From: Bacteroidia bacterium
GTDB taxonomy: Bacteria; Bacteroidota; Bacteroidia; Bacteroidales; GWF2-35-48
Length of the DNA: 64,000 nt
Direction of reading: 5' to 3'
Assembly: GCA_016212695.1 (NCBI GenBank)
Contig: JACREX010000210.1
Span: 912-64,911, forward strand
Under the pieces are notes generated by a model that worked only from the letters and a program-made list of their open reading frames with translations, was not told the DNA's origin and made no database searches. Both the position numbers and the translations under genes were made by a program. This document shows positions 8,611 to 18,352 of the stretch, one piece after another (within the stretch, counting starts at the first letter, position 1; each line of letters starts with the position of its first letter).

Positions 8611-11600
8611 ATGAGTGCAGGAATTAACAGAATTATTCTATTTATAACCATATTGATTTTTTATAATTTATCGGCATCCTCACAGACCACCGTGATGTCA
8701 GAGAATTTTGAGCATGGAGGCGCGCTTCCAAGCGGCTGGACCAATCAATTTGTAAGCGGATCTGTTAATTGGATATGCGCAACAGGGGGTAGCGCCTCCC
8801 ATCCGGCTGCAGCGCATAACGGCGCATACAATGGCCTTTTTTATTCTGCAAATTACAATGGCAATAAAACAAAACTTATTACTTCCGCTATCAACCTCGG
8901 AAGTTATTCTTACTGTGTCCTCGATTTTTACCACGCGCAGGTAAACTGGGCCGGCGATTGCGATACCCTGAAAGTGTATTATAAAACTTCTGCGGGCGGA
9001 GCCTGGACTTTGATACAGACATTTTCCGGGCAGGTGATAGACTGGAAACACAGAACCATTGTTTTACCCAATCCGTCGGCAACCTATTATCTGGGCTTTG
9101 AGGGAATTTCCGATTACGGTTACGGCGTTTGCATTGACGATGTAATTGTTACAGGATATCCGACTTATCTGTTAAATTCCGCGAACAATAATACTACGGT
9201 AACTACTTGCGGCGCTATTGTTTTTGACAGCGGCGGCCCGGGCGGTAATTATGCAAATTCAGAAAGCTATACAATGACTTTTACTTCCAACAATGGCGGA
9301 TGTATCAGGGCTGTATTGCAATATTACAATACTGAAATGAATTATGATTTTTTATATTTTTATGACGGAACATCAACCGCTGCGCCGCAGATCGGAGAAA
9401 CTGTTCATGCAAGCCCCGGAGAAATCGTTTCTACAATTGATAAAACAGGGAATGCATATTACGCATTATCCGGCTCAATAACTATTAAATTTACTTCCGA
9501 TAATCTCACGGTTGACGCCGGTTTTAAATTAAAGATTGATTGTCCTGAAAATTGCGTGGCGCCTTCCTGCACCGGCACTATTCCTGCTGCCGATAATTGT
9601 GAATCCACAACCTCTATCTGTGATTTCAACGGGTATTGCGGCAGCACGGATTCTATTATTTATACAACAGATCACGACGAGATCGATTCGTATCATTCGG
9701 GAATTTTCTGCGGCGGAATCAATAATAATTCATGGCTTTCATTTGTTGCAGAATCCAATGAAGCCGTATTGGATGTGTGGGTGTCTGATTGCCAGGGCAG
9801 TTTTTATGGCACGGTAAAAGGCATACAACTCGAGGTTTTTGATACGGACTGCAACACTTTTATCGCCAAATCTAACTGCTGGAGCCCCAGTGAACAGATA
9901 AACGGGCAGATTACCGCTACCGGTTTGATACCCGGCCACACGTATCTTTTAATGATTGACGGGTATGCAAAAGACAATTGCAAATACGTGTTTGCAGCCA
10001 GCCAGGGCCTGCTTGTTGCAGATGCGGGAAAAGATCAGACTATCTGCGAAGGCGACTGGGTTCAGTTGGTTGCATCGGGCGGTACGAGTGTTACATGGTC
10101 TGCCAGCCCTTCTGATCCGGGTTTGGCAGGACAGGAAAATGATTTTACGATCTGGGTTTCTCCGTCGCAGACTACAACCTATACCGCTACCGTAACAGGC
10201 AGCAATCCTGCCTGTCCGGGCAATGCGGATGTTACCGTATATGTGGATGCCGCCAATGCAAGTTTTACCGGGCTTGCCCCTTCTTATTGCATAAACGGGT
10301 CATCGGCAACGCTTACCGGAAACTATGCGCCGAACGGAATATTCAGCGGCGCCGGAGTAACCGGAACAACATTCAATCCTTCAAGCGCAGGAGCGGGAAC
10401 CCATGATGTGACCTATACCTTCGACTATCAGGTGGTAACCAAATTTGAAGATGATTTTGATCCGGCTCCGGTTGCCGGATGGACACATGGCGCCACAGGT
10501 ACAGACTCATGGGCAACAGGAAAACCAAAAGGAGGCAATGGGAGCAACAGCAATCCGAATTCAAATAAAGATCCATTAATTGATCATACTTCAAATACAG
10601 ATAACAACGTGTATGGCCAGGGTTTGTCTGCAGGAACGGGAAACGGTGTTGGCGGATATAACAATAGTTCGACCGAATGGCTGAAAACGCCTGTTATTGA
10701 TTGCTCTACTATCAGAAATTCAACACTGAGTTTCTGGAGGTATGCCAATTTTGAACCAAGCTACGATGAGGCGTATGTTAAAATCAGCACCGACGGAACA
10801 ACATGGACAACATTGCCTGAGCCTGATTATCCACAGGATAATCACTGGACGCAACGGATCATTAATATTTCCCAATGGGCTGACGGACATTCAACCGTTT
10901 ATATCCGATGGATCAGTGTAAGCGATGGCAGCCAGACATATTCCGGATGGAACATTGATGATGTGAGAATCACAGGAGTGCAATACCAGATTAGCGGATT
11001 GTGTACAAGCACCGATGTTCAATCTACTATTGTTTATCCGATGAGTGTAGCCGGAACGGCCAGTACGCCTCCACCCATATGCGCGGGAAGCGCTGCAACT
11101 ATTTCGTTAACCGGGTATACCGGAAGTATCCAGTGGCAGCAATCACCCAATGGAACATCCGGTTGGGCCAATGTAACAGGCGGTTCCGGTTCTACAAGCG
11201 CTTCCTATACAACAGCGGCTCTTACCACAACCACTTATTACAGGGCTGTAATAACAAGCGGAGCGGGTTGTACTTCTGCAAATTCAACAACCGTTTCCGT
11301 AACGGTTACACCGCAAAGCGTCGGCGGTACTGCCACGGCAACGAACAATACGCTTTGCTATAATACATCTACAACCCTGAGCCTTACAGGTTCATCGGGA
11401 AATATCCAGTGGCAGCAATCGCCCGACGGTTCCACTTGGAGCGATATTCCCGGCGCCACCTCTTCCACATACACAACATCAAATCTTACAGCAACAACGT
11501 ATTTTAGAGCTGTACTCTCAAGCGCAGGCTGCACGCCGGCTTATTCAAATACAATAGTTATTACAGTTTATCCGAACCTCACTCCGGGAACCATAGCCGC

Positions 11601-14600
11601 TAATCAAACCCTTTGTGCAAATGCAACGCCTGCCGGTTTAACCCAGATTACAGCGCCTGCAGGAGGAACCGGAAGTTACACCTATCAATGGCAATCGTCA
11701 ACAGATAATATCAACTGGTATAATATTACAGGAGCTACTAACAGTAACTATAGTCCTCCGCAGCTTGCAATCACCACTTATTACAGGAGGAATGTAACTT
11801 CCGGTGGTTGCGGTACTGTAAATTCGAATACGGTTACCATCACAGTCAATGCAAATCCTGTTGCTGAAGCCGGCAATAATGCTACAATACCTAATGGAAC
11901 CAATACTGCATTGAATGGTTCCGCCTCAGGGGGAACAGGTAATTATTCTTACAACTGGTCTCCGGCAGGCCTGCTGCAAAATCCCAATGTGCAAAATCCC
12001 CAGACTGTAAACCTGTCATCAACTACCGTATATACATTAACTGTTACGGATATCAACTCAGGCTGTACGGGAACAGATCAGGTTACCGTATATATTACCG
12101 GCGGGCCTCTGAGCATTATTGCAACAGCAACGGATTATTCAATCTGTAAGGGAACCCAGGCGCTGCTTCATGCTGTGGGCAGCGGTGGAAATCCTGCCGG
12201 ATATCAATATACATGGACTTCTAATTCTTCATCATTCACTTCAGGTTCTGCAAATCCTGCGGATTACCCCACTGTAAATACTATTTATACTGTTGTGCTT
12301 TTTGACGGATCAAATACGGTTTCTGATACAGTTACTGTAACAGTTTATACATTGCCGGTGGCCGAAGCAGGGAACAATGCATCCATTTGCAACGGAATAT
12401 CCACTACGCTTAGCGGCTCTGGTAGCAGCGGTTTTCCAACTCTAACTTATACCTGGAGCAACGGGCTTGGTTCGGGAATGACACAGACTGTTACACCCAC
12501 ATCAACTACCACATATACTCTTACAGTAACGGATGGCCATGGCTGCACACAAACCGACCAGGTTACCGTTACAGTTAATGCGCTTCCGGCACAATTCACT
12601 GTATCCGGGGGCGGCGCCTATTGCGCCGGAGGAACCGGTGTAACCATTAATTTATCAGGCTCTGAAATCGGGGTGAATTATCAGCTTCAGTTAAACGGCG
12701 TCAATACAGGAATTGCCGTTGCAGGAACGGGTGCAGCGATCTCATGGAACAACCAGTCTGCAGCCGGAGCCTATACCGTTGTTGCTACCAATGCCTCCAC
12801 GCCATGCACCATCAATATGCTTTTAAGCGCGACTATTACTGTGAATCCTGCTCCAGGCCCGCAGATATATGGAGATGTGGATGCATGCCAGGGAGAAATG
12901 TTAAATTATTATACCACAAATATTGCAGGCCATTCTTATAGCTGGACAATCACCGGCGGAACACCTGCAACCTCTGTTTCAAGTTCCGTGGATATAACCT
13001 GGGGAAATATCAGCCCGGGAATGATCACCCTCACAGAAACGATTGATGCGACGGGCTGCTCGGCTACAACAAACAGTTTTGCCGTTATTATTCATTCCGC
13101 TCCTGTGGCAGATGCAGGAAGCAATGACACGATCTGTTATGGCGGTTCTGTTGTGCTGAGCGCTGCGAACAGCACGGGAAGCGCGCCGTTGGGATACGCG
13201 TGGAATAATGGCCTGGGGTCGGGTGTTTCACATACCGTGACTCCGAATGTTCCCACTACATATATTGTAACCGTCACTGATAATTACGGATGCACAGCTA
13301 CGGACCAGGTTACAATCTTAGTTAACCCGATGCCTGTGGTTGATGCCGGAAACAATGTTTCAATCTGTTCGGGAAATTCTGCAACCATTGTTGCAACTCC
13401 GGTAAGCGGTACTCTCCCGTTCACATATACCTGGGATAACGGGCTGGGAAGCGGAATATCTCATAATGTATCACCAACTGTCACCACGATGTATCATGTT
13501 TCGGTTGTTGATGCCAAACAATGCACGGGTATAGATTCTGTAATCGTTATCGTATATCCTTCTCCGGTAGCCAATGCCGGTGCTGACGACACAATCTGCA
13601 AAGGAGAAAATATTTCTGTGGATGCATCTTCAAGTTCAGGCGTTCAACCCTTAACGTATTCATGGAATAATAACTTAGGCAGCGGCGCTGTGCATACCGT
13701 GAGCCCTGTTGTAACCACATTTTATTATCTGACCGTAACGGATGCAAATTTGTGTTATGATTTTGATACCATAATAATATCTGTGAATCCTTTGCCGGTT
13801 GCCGAGGCCGGAGCAGACAGCATTATCTGTTCCGGTAGTTCAACTGTGATCGATGCAACTGGAAGCACAGGCTTAACTCCTTTAACGTATCACTGGAATA
13901 ATGTTGCCATTGATTCGCTGGCGACACAGAATGTAACGCCTGAAGTTACAACAACATTTACCGTAACCGTGACAGATATCAATGGATGTTCCAAATCCGA
14001 CAGTGTTAAAATAACGGTTGCTGCAAACCCGGTTGCCAATGCGGGGCAGGATGTTTCTGTTTGCAGGGGTACGGCTGTTTCGCTTGATGCATCAGGAAGT
14101 TCCGGAACCGCTCCGTTGAATTATTTATGGAATAATTCCTTAGGTAGCGGATCAACACATTCCATTACGCCGGATTCCAGCAAGACATACATTGTTACAG
14201 TTAGCGATGCCGTGAATTGTTCGGATATTGATACGGTTATAGTAACTGTAAAAGCGGTTCCTGCCTTTTCAATTCAGTCAACTAATACTACCTGTACCGG
14301 GAATAAAGATGGAACGGCAACGATAGTGATTATAAGCGCAACACAGCCTGTTTTATATATATGGTCAACAGGAGAAACTGTATCAAACTTAGTTAATCTT
14401 GGCGCAGGAAATTATAGCATAACCGTTACCGACAGCACCGGATGTCAGAAAGTAAGTTCGGTTGAGATCAAGGATGCCGTGGATGTTTCGTGTATTGAAA
14501 TACCTTCTGCTTTTACTCCCAATGGCGACGGCAAAAATGACAAATGGGAGATCCGGCATATTGATTTGTATCCGGAAGCGCAGGTAGAAATTTATAACCG

Positions 14601-14763
14601 ATGGGGTCTTTTACTATTCAAAAGCGACAATTATTCCAATCCTGATAACTGGTGGGATGGCAAATACAATGGCAAAGACGTGGCTACCGGTTCATATATA
14701 TATATAATCAAACTCAGGAGTGATTCAGAACCCATACAGGGGATCGTAACTGTTATCAGGTAA
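8611..14763 (+). CDS. Giant cell-surface adhesin: N-terminal MAM/CUB-like modules, many Ig-like repeats, gliding-motility-type (T9SS type B) C-terminal domain
   Basis: Signal peptide present. About ten repeats of the pattern A(D/E)AG.D..IC.G.S..L.A.GS.G..PL.Y.W.N.LGSG..H.V.P...T.Y.VTVTD..GC. C-terminus IPSAFTPNGDGKNDKWEI...YNRWGLLLFKS...WDGKYNGKDVATGSYIYII. Confidence 0.8.
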   Translation: MSAGINRIILFITILIFYNLSASSQTTVMSENFEHGGALPSGWTNQFVSGSVNWICATGGSASHPAAAHNGAYNGLFYSANYNGNKTKLITSAINLGSYSYCVLDFYHAQVNWAGDCDTLKVYYKTSAGGAWTLIQTFSGQVIDWKHRTIVLPNPSATYYLGFEGISDYGYGVCIDDVIVTGYPTYLLNSANNNTTVTTCGAIVFDSGGPGGNYANSESYTMTFTSNNGGCIRAVLQYYNTEMNYDFLYFYDGTSTAAPQIGETVHASPGEIVSTIDKTGNAYYALSGSITIKFTSDNLTVDAGFKLKIDCPENCVAPSCTGTIPAADNCESTTSICDFNGYCGSTDSIIYTTDHDEIDSYHSGIFCGGINNNSWLSFVAESNEAVLDVWVSDCQGSFYGTVKGIQLEVFDTDCNTFIAKSNCWSPSEQINGQITATGLIPGHTYLLMIDGYAKDNCKYVFAASQGLLVADAGKDQTICEGDWVQLVASGGTSVTWSASPSDPGLAGQENDFTIWVSPSQTTTYTATVTGSNPACPGNADVTVYVDAANASFTGLAPSYCINGSSATLTGNYAPNGIFSGAGVTGTTFNPSSAGAGTHDVTYTFDYQVVTKFEDDFDPAPVAGWTHGATGTDSWATGKPKGGNGSNSNPNSNKDPLIDHTSNTDNNVYGQGLSAGTGNGVGGYNNSSTEWLKTPVIDCSTIRNSTLSFWRYANFEPSYDEAYVKISTDGTTWTTLPEPDYPQDNHWTQRIINISQWADGHSTVYIRWISVSDGSQTYSGWNIDDVRITGVQYQISGLCTSTDVQSTIVYPMSVAGTASTPPPICAGSAATISLTGYTGSIQWQQSPNGTSGWANVTGGSGSTSASYTTAALTTTTYYRAVITSGAGCTSANSTTVSVTVTPQSVGGTATATNNTLCYNTSTTLSLTGSSGNIQWQQSPDGSTWSDIPGATSSTYTTSNLTATTYFRAVLSSAGCTPAYSNTIVITVYPNLTPGTIAANQTLCANATPAGLTQITAPAGGTGSYTYQWQSSTDNINWYNITGATNSNYSPPQLAITTYYRRNVTSGGCGTVNSNTVTITVNANPVAEAGNNATIPNGTNTALNGSASGGTGNYSYNWSPAGLLQNPNVQNPQTVNLSSTTVYTLTVTDINSGCTGTDQVTVYITGGPLSIIATATDYSICKGTQALLHAVGSGGNPAGYQYTWTSNSSSFTSGSANPADYPTVNTIYTVVLFDGSNTVSDTVTVTVYTLPVAEAGNNASICNGISTTLSGSGSSGFPTLTYTWSNGLGSGMTQTVTPTSTTTYTLTVTDGHGCTQTDQVTVTVNALPAQFTVSGGGAYCAGGTGVTINLSGSEIGVNYQLQLNGVNTGIAVAGTGAAISWNNQSAAGAYTVVATNASTPCTINMLLSATITVNPAPGPQIYGDVDACQGEMLNYYTTNIAGHSYSWTITGGTPATSVSSSVDITWGNISPGMITLTETIDATGCSATTNSFAVIIHSAPVADAGSNDTICYGGSVVLSAANSTGSAPLGYAWNNGLGSGVSHTVTPNVPTTYIVTVTDNYGCTATDQVTILVNPMPVVDAGNNVSICSGNSATIVATPVSGTLPFTYTWDNGLGSGISHNVSPTVTTMYHVSVVDAKQCTGIDSVIVIVYPSPVANAGADDTICKGENISVDASSSSGVQPLTYSWNNNLGSGAVHTVSPVVTTFYYLTVTDANLCYDFDTIIISVNPLPVAEAGADSIICSGSSTVIDATGSTGLTPLTYHWNNVAIDSLATQNVTPEVTTTFTVTVTDINGCSKSDSVKITVAANPVANAGQDVSVCRGTAVSLDASGSSGTAPLNYLWNNSLGSGSTHSITPDSSKTYIVTVSDAVNCSDIDTVIVTVKAVPAFSIQSTNTTCTGNKDGTATIVIISATQPVLYIWSTGETVSNLVNLGAGNYSITVTDSTGCQKVSSVEIKDAVDVSCIEIPSAFTPNGDGKNDKWEIRHIDLYPEAQVEIYNRWGLLLFKSDNYSNPDNWWDGKYNGKDVATGSYIYIIKLRSDSEPIQGIVTVIR

Positions 14764-14774
14764 GATTTTTTCTA

Positions 14775-16478
14775 ATGAACAAGAAGATGGGTAATCTTCC
14801 GGAAAAGAAAAAAGAAAAATCAGAGCCCGGCAGGATAAATTACAGGATCGTCACCCGGTTTCCATTTCCCTACCTTTTGCTCTTTCTCGCCTCCTTGATT
14901 CTTTATAAGCACACTTTCGATTATCCGCTCGACAAGCTTGATGAATCGCCGATATTGGTTAAAAATATGGCCTTTTTAAAAAATGGGTCTAATGTTGGCG
15001 AAGCGGTGAAGAGAGATGCCCTGATGTGCAGAGACGGATCCGATTTTTACCGGCCGGTACAAAATTTATCGTTTATGCTGGATACGCATATTTCAAACGG
15101 CAACACGGATGCTTTTCATATAGATAATTTTTTACAGCATTTCTTAACCTGTTCGCTGATTTTTTATTTACTGATACTGCTGCAAGTAAACAATCTCCTG
15201 GCATTGCTGTTGTCGCTTTTTTTCTGTGTCAACCCCCTGTTTACCCATGCCGTAGTATGGATACCTTCGCGTGGCGACCTGCTTGTCGCATTGTTTGGTG
15301 TTGCTTCAATTATATTTTTTATCAGATATTTTAATACTGTGAATAAAATTTTTATTCCGGCTAGTGTGATTGCTTTTTGCATTGCCATGTTCTCAAAAGA
15401 AACAGCAATATTAATACCTGTTATAATCGCTGCATACATCCGGTTCAATGATAAAAAAAGAATGCGAAGCATGCCCGTGATTTTTCTTTTTATTTCTTAT
15501 GCCCTCGTTGTTGCGATTTATTTGTATGCACGAAAAGTTGTGCTCACCGGAACATCCGGCGATGAATTCGGGGTGATGCCTTTGATAAAAAATTTATGTA
15601 CGATACCTGAATTTGTCGCAAAATTTTTCCTTCCGTTTAATTTATCAACTGCGCCTGTGTATTCTGTATTTTCAACTACTACGGGCATTGTTTTGATTAT
15701 TGCATGGGTTGGTTTATTATATAAATTGAAAGAAAAAATAAATTTTTCATTGGCGATCTTCGGACTAATATGGTTTATCCTTTTTACTGTTCCGGGAATG
15801 ATGCACAGGCTTCATATCGGCAACTTAGGTTATGATTACCTTGAACACCGTTCTTATCTGCCTGCAGTCGGTTTCGTGATTTTATTAGCTTCTTTTCAAA
15901 ACATAGTGTTAAACAAAAAATTTTTATTACTCATTTTGCTGATACCGCTATATGCAATAATCACCTATTTCTATTCTCTGAATTATGAAAACGCAATACA
16001 TTTTTATACCGTTGCGATCGAAAAAAATCCGAAAGCAGCCATGTCGTATTATAACAGGGGGATTGCAAGAGATACGGCAAATGACCTCAGGGGCGCATTG
16101 GACGACTTTGATAAATCAATTATGTACAGGACTGATTATCCGGAATCGTATTATGCGAGAGGGTACGTGCGGTCGCGTATGCAAATGTATAGCGAAGCTG
16201 TAAACGATTACATGAAAGTGATTGAATACAACCCCAAACATGCGGAAGCATACAATAACATGGGCGCTTTAAAGAATGAATGTAAAGACTATGAAGGCGC
16301 TATTAAAAGTTTTGATAAAGCCCTTGAAATAAATGGTTCTTTTGCGAATGCATATTTTAACCGCGGAATCGCAAAGATTAATTCGGGTGATACAGAAGGA
16401 GCCTGCAAGGATTGGAAAAAGGCTTCAGTTCTTGGGAATACCTATGCTTACAAATTTATAGAAAAACATTGCAAATAG
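14775..16478 (+). CDS. TMTC/PMT-like GT-C membrane glycosyltransferase with C-terminal TPR repeats
   Basis: About 10 predicted TM segments. First-loop acidic motif LDKLDESPILVKN. FSKETAILIP block (DUF1736-like). C-terminal TPRs (AMSYYNRGIA, AEAYNNMGAL, ANAYFNRGIA). Confidence 0.65.
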   Translation: MNKKMGNLPEKKKEKSEPGRINYRIVTRFPFPYLLLFLASLILYKHTFDYPLDKLDESPILVKNMAFLKNGSNVGEAVKRDALMCRDGSDFYRPVQNLSFMLDTHISNGNTDAFHIDNFLQHFLTCSLIFYLLILLQVNNLLALLLSLFFCVNPLFTHAVVWIPSRGDLLVALFGVASIIFFIRYFNTVNKIFIPASVIAFCIAMFSKETAILIPVIIAAYIRFNDKKRMRSMPVIFLFISYALVVAIYLYARKVVLTGTSGDEFGVMPLIKNLCTIPEFVAKFFLPFNLSTAPVYSVFSTTTGIVLIIAWVGLLYKLKEKINFSLAIFGLIWFILFTVPGMMHRLHIGNLGYDYLEHRSYLPAVGFVILLASFQNIVLNKKFLLLILLIPLYAIITYFYSLNYENAIHFYTVAIEKNPKAAMSYYNRGIARDTANDLRGALDDFDKSIMYRTDYPESYYARGYVRSRMQMYSEAVNDYMKVIEYNPKHAEAYNNMGALKNECKDYEGAIKSFDKALEINGSFANAYFNRGIAKINSGDTEGACKDWKKASVLGNTYAYKFIEKHCK

Positions 16479-16565
16479 CGATTAGCAGAAAATAATAAAG
16501 CCGATTTATCACCGGCTTTATAAACAAAGATTATTCTTTGTCTCAATAACTATTTATACAATGTA

Positions 16566-17276
16566 TTATTTTTTCTGATCCATCATTTTTACCAATGATT
16601 CCAGATCCTTGGCAATCACTACTCCGGGAAGTTTCACAGGCGCTCCAACCTGGGCATAAAATGAACCCTGCACTTCTCCGACTTTGTAAGTTGTGAAACC
16701 GATTCTGTACAAACCAACCACAAGAGCCTTTAACGGGTTACTTATTTCGCTGGTGATACGCAATACAGAATTGTATTTATTGCCTGAAGGCTGTTTGGGA
16801 AGCTCGCTGCTGTCGTCATTCTGACCATAACTGTTCCAGTTGCAACTTTTTCCTTTAGCAAGAATGTCTTCTTTCTTAAAGATTCCTTCAGCTCTTTCAA
16901 AAGAAATCCATGTGTCGAAAAAATTCTTTTTATCTGCTTTTCCACCTTCCCATGCAGGAGAAACAAATGAAGCTTTGCCCGGAGTTAATGAAGTAACCGG
17001 AGAAACCATCCTAATACCGATTTCAGGAGCAACAACAGGAATCCAAACATATAAGTAATAGTACTTTTTCCCGTTTTTGGTTTCATCACCAGGTTCGCCG
17101 GGTTTTACATAACCGAAATAATCAATAACATCCGTGTAAGGAATTCTGACATCTCCGATTACAGGGTAATGTTTTTTCTTGAAGTCCATTCCGAATTTTT
17201 TCAATTTTTGTGCATTCGCATTAAAGCAAAATGCGACAACCAGCATCAATGCTACGATTCTTGCAATGTTTTTCAT
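16566..17276 (-). CDS. LipL32-family surface protein homolog
   Basis: Signal peptide present. Blocks recalled from Leptospira LipL32 match: [38 protein letters not shown] vs YYGYVKPGQ...[35 protein letters not shown] vs [19 protein letters not shown] and [19 protein letters not shown] vs GLYRISFTTYKPGEVKGSF. Confidence 0.75.
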   Translation of the reverse strand: [236 protein letters not shown]

Positions 17277-17454
17277 CTTTTTTCTGTTTTAGTTAATAAA
17301 TAAATTTACGAAACTTTAAGGTAAAGCATGACTTAGCGTCAAATCTCTTTTTTAAACGATTAATAACAGCAAAGATATAAATTATTTATTCAATTCAAAA
17401 TTCTGGATATTTTTTTATATTTGTTTTTTATTATAAATACTGAATTTGCTTGCA

Positions 17455-18336
17455 ATGGAAACTATTTTAATTACAGGTGCATATGGTCAGTTAGGAAGTG
17501 AGATAAAAGAATTGGTTCTGATGAATCCTTCTGAAGCATATCATTTTAAATTCACGGATTTAGATACCTTAGATATTACTGATAAATCGCAGCTTCATGA
17601 TTTTTTTAACAAAGAGAAAATTGATTTTATTGTCAATTGTGCCGGATATACTGCAGTTGACAAAGCTGAAACTGAAATGGAAAAGGCCCGGCTTATCAAT
17701 TCGGATGCACCCGGGTTTCTTGCAGAAGTCTGTAAAAAACATAAAACAAAACTTATACATATTTCCACAGATTATATCTTTGACGGGCTATCGGGAATTC
17801 CTTATAAAGAAGATGATAAAACCAATCCGTTGTCAGCCTATGGTTGTACAAAGCTGGCGGGCGAACAGGCTATCGAAAGGGCGGGTTGTGATTTTATCAT
17901 AATCAGAACATCCTGGCTGTATTCCGGTTTTGGTCATAATTTTGTCAAGACGATTCTGAGATTGGGAAAAGAACGCGACGAACTTCGCATTGTTTACGAT
18001 CAGATTGGCGCGCCTACATATGCACGCGACCTGGCAGATACGATACTGAAAATCGTAACACGGTCTGCAGGCGATCCTTCTTGCTTTAAACCCGGAACCT
18101 ATCATTATGCCAACGAAGGCGCATGCAGTTGGTATGATTTTGCCATTGAGATTTTAACGTGCGCCGATATCCCCTGCAACGTATTTCCGATCGAGACAAA
18201 AGAATACCCGTTACCTGCAAAACGTCCCCATTACAGCGTTTTCAACAAAGCAAAAATAAAATCTGCATTCGATATTGAAATTCCGTATTGGAAGAACAGT
18301 CTTAAAGAATGTATCGGAAAAATTTCGAAAATATAA
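17455..18336 (+). CDS. rfbD: dTDP-4-dehydrorhamnose reductase
   Basis: N-terminal ILITGAYGQLGSE Rossmann motif, STDYIFDG, the Y..TK catalytic pair (YGCTKLAGE) and typical length. The ATG at 17455 is preferred over the TTG at 17446. Confidence 0.8.
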   Translation: METILITGAYGQLGSEIKELVLMNPSEAYHFKFTDLDTLDITDKSQLHDFFNKEKIDFIVNCAGYTAVDKAETEMEKARLINSDAPGFLAEVCKKHKTKLIHISTDYIFDGLSGIPYKEDDKTNPLSAYGCTKLAGEQAIERAGCDFIIIRTSWLYSGFGHNFVKTILRLGKERDELRIVYDQIGAPTYARDLADTILKIVTRSAGDPSCFKPGTYHYANEGACSWYDFAIEILTCADIPCNVFPIETKEYPLPAKRPHYSVFNKAKIKSAFDIEIPYWKNSLKECIGKISKI

Positions 18337-18352
18337 ATCCTATTTCTACCCT

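Noticed and set aside
17446-18352. ORF-track starts at 17446 (TTG), 18275 and 47407 that extend rfbD, the mutase gene and the UpxY-like gene upstream
   Set aside because: The extensions add non-homologous residues or overlap the preceding gene. Internal ATGs at 17455, 18353 and 47434 give N-termini matching the respective families.
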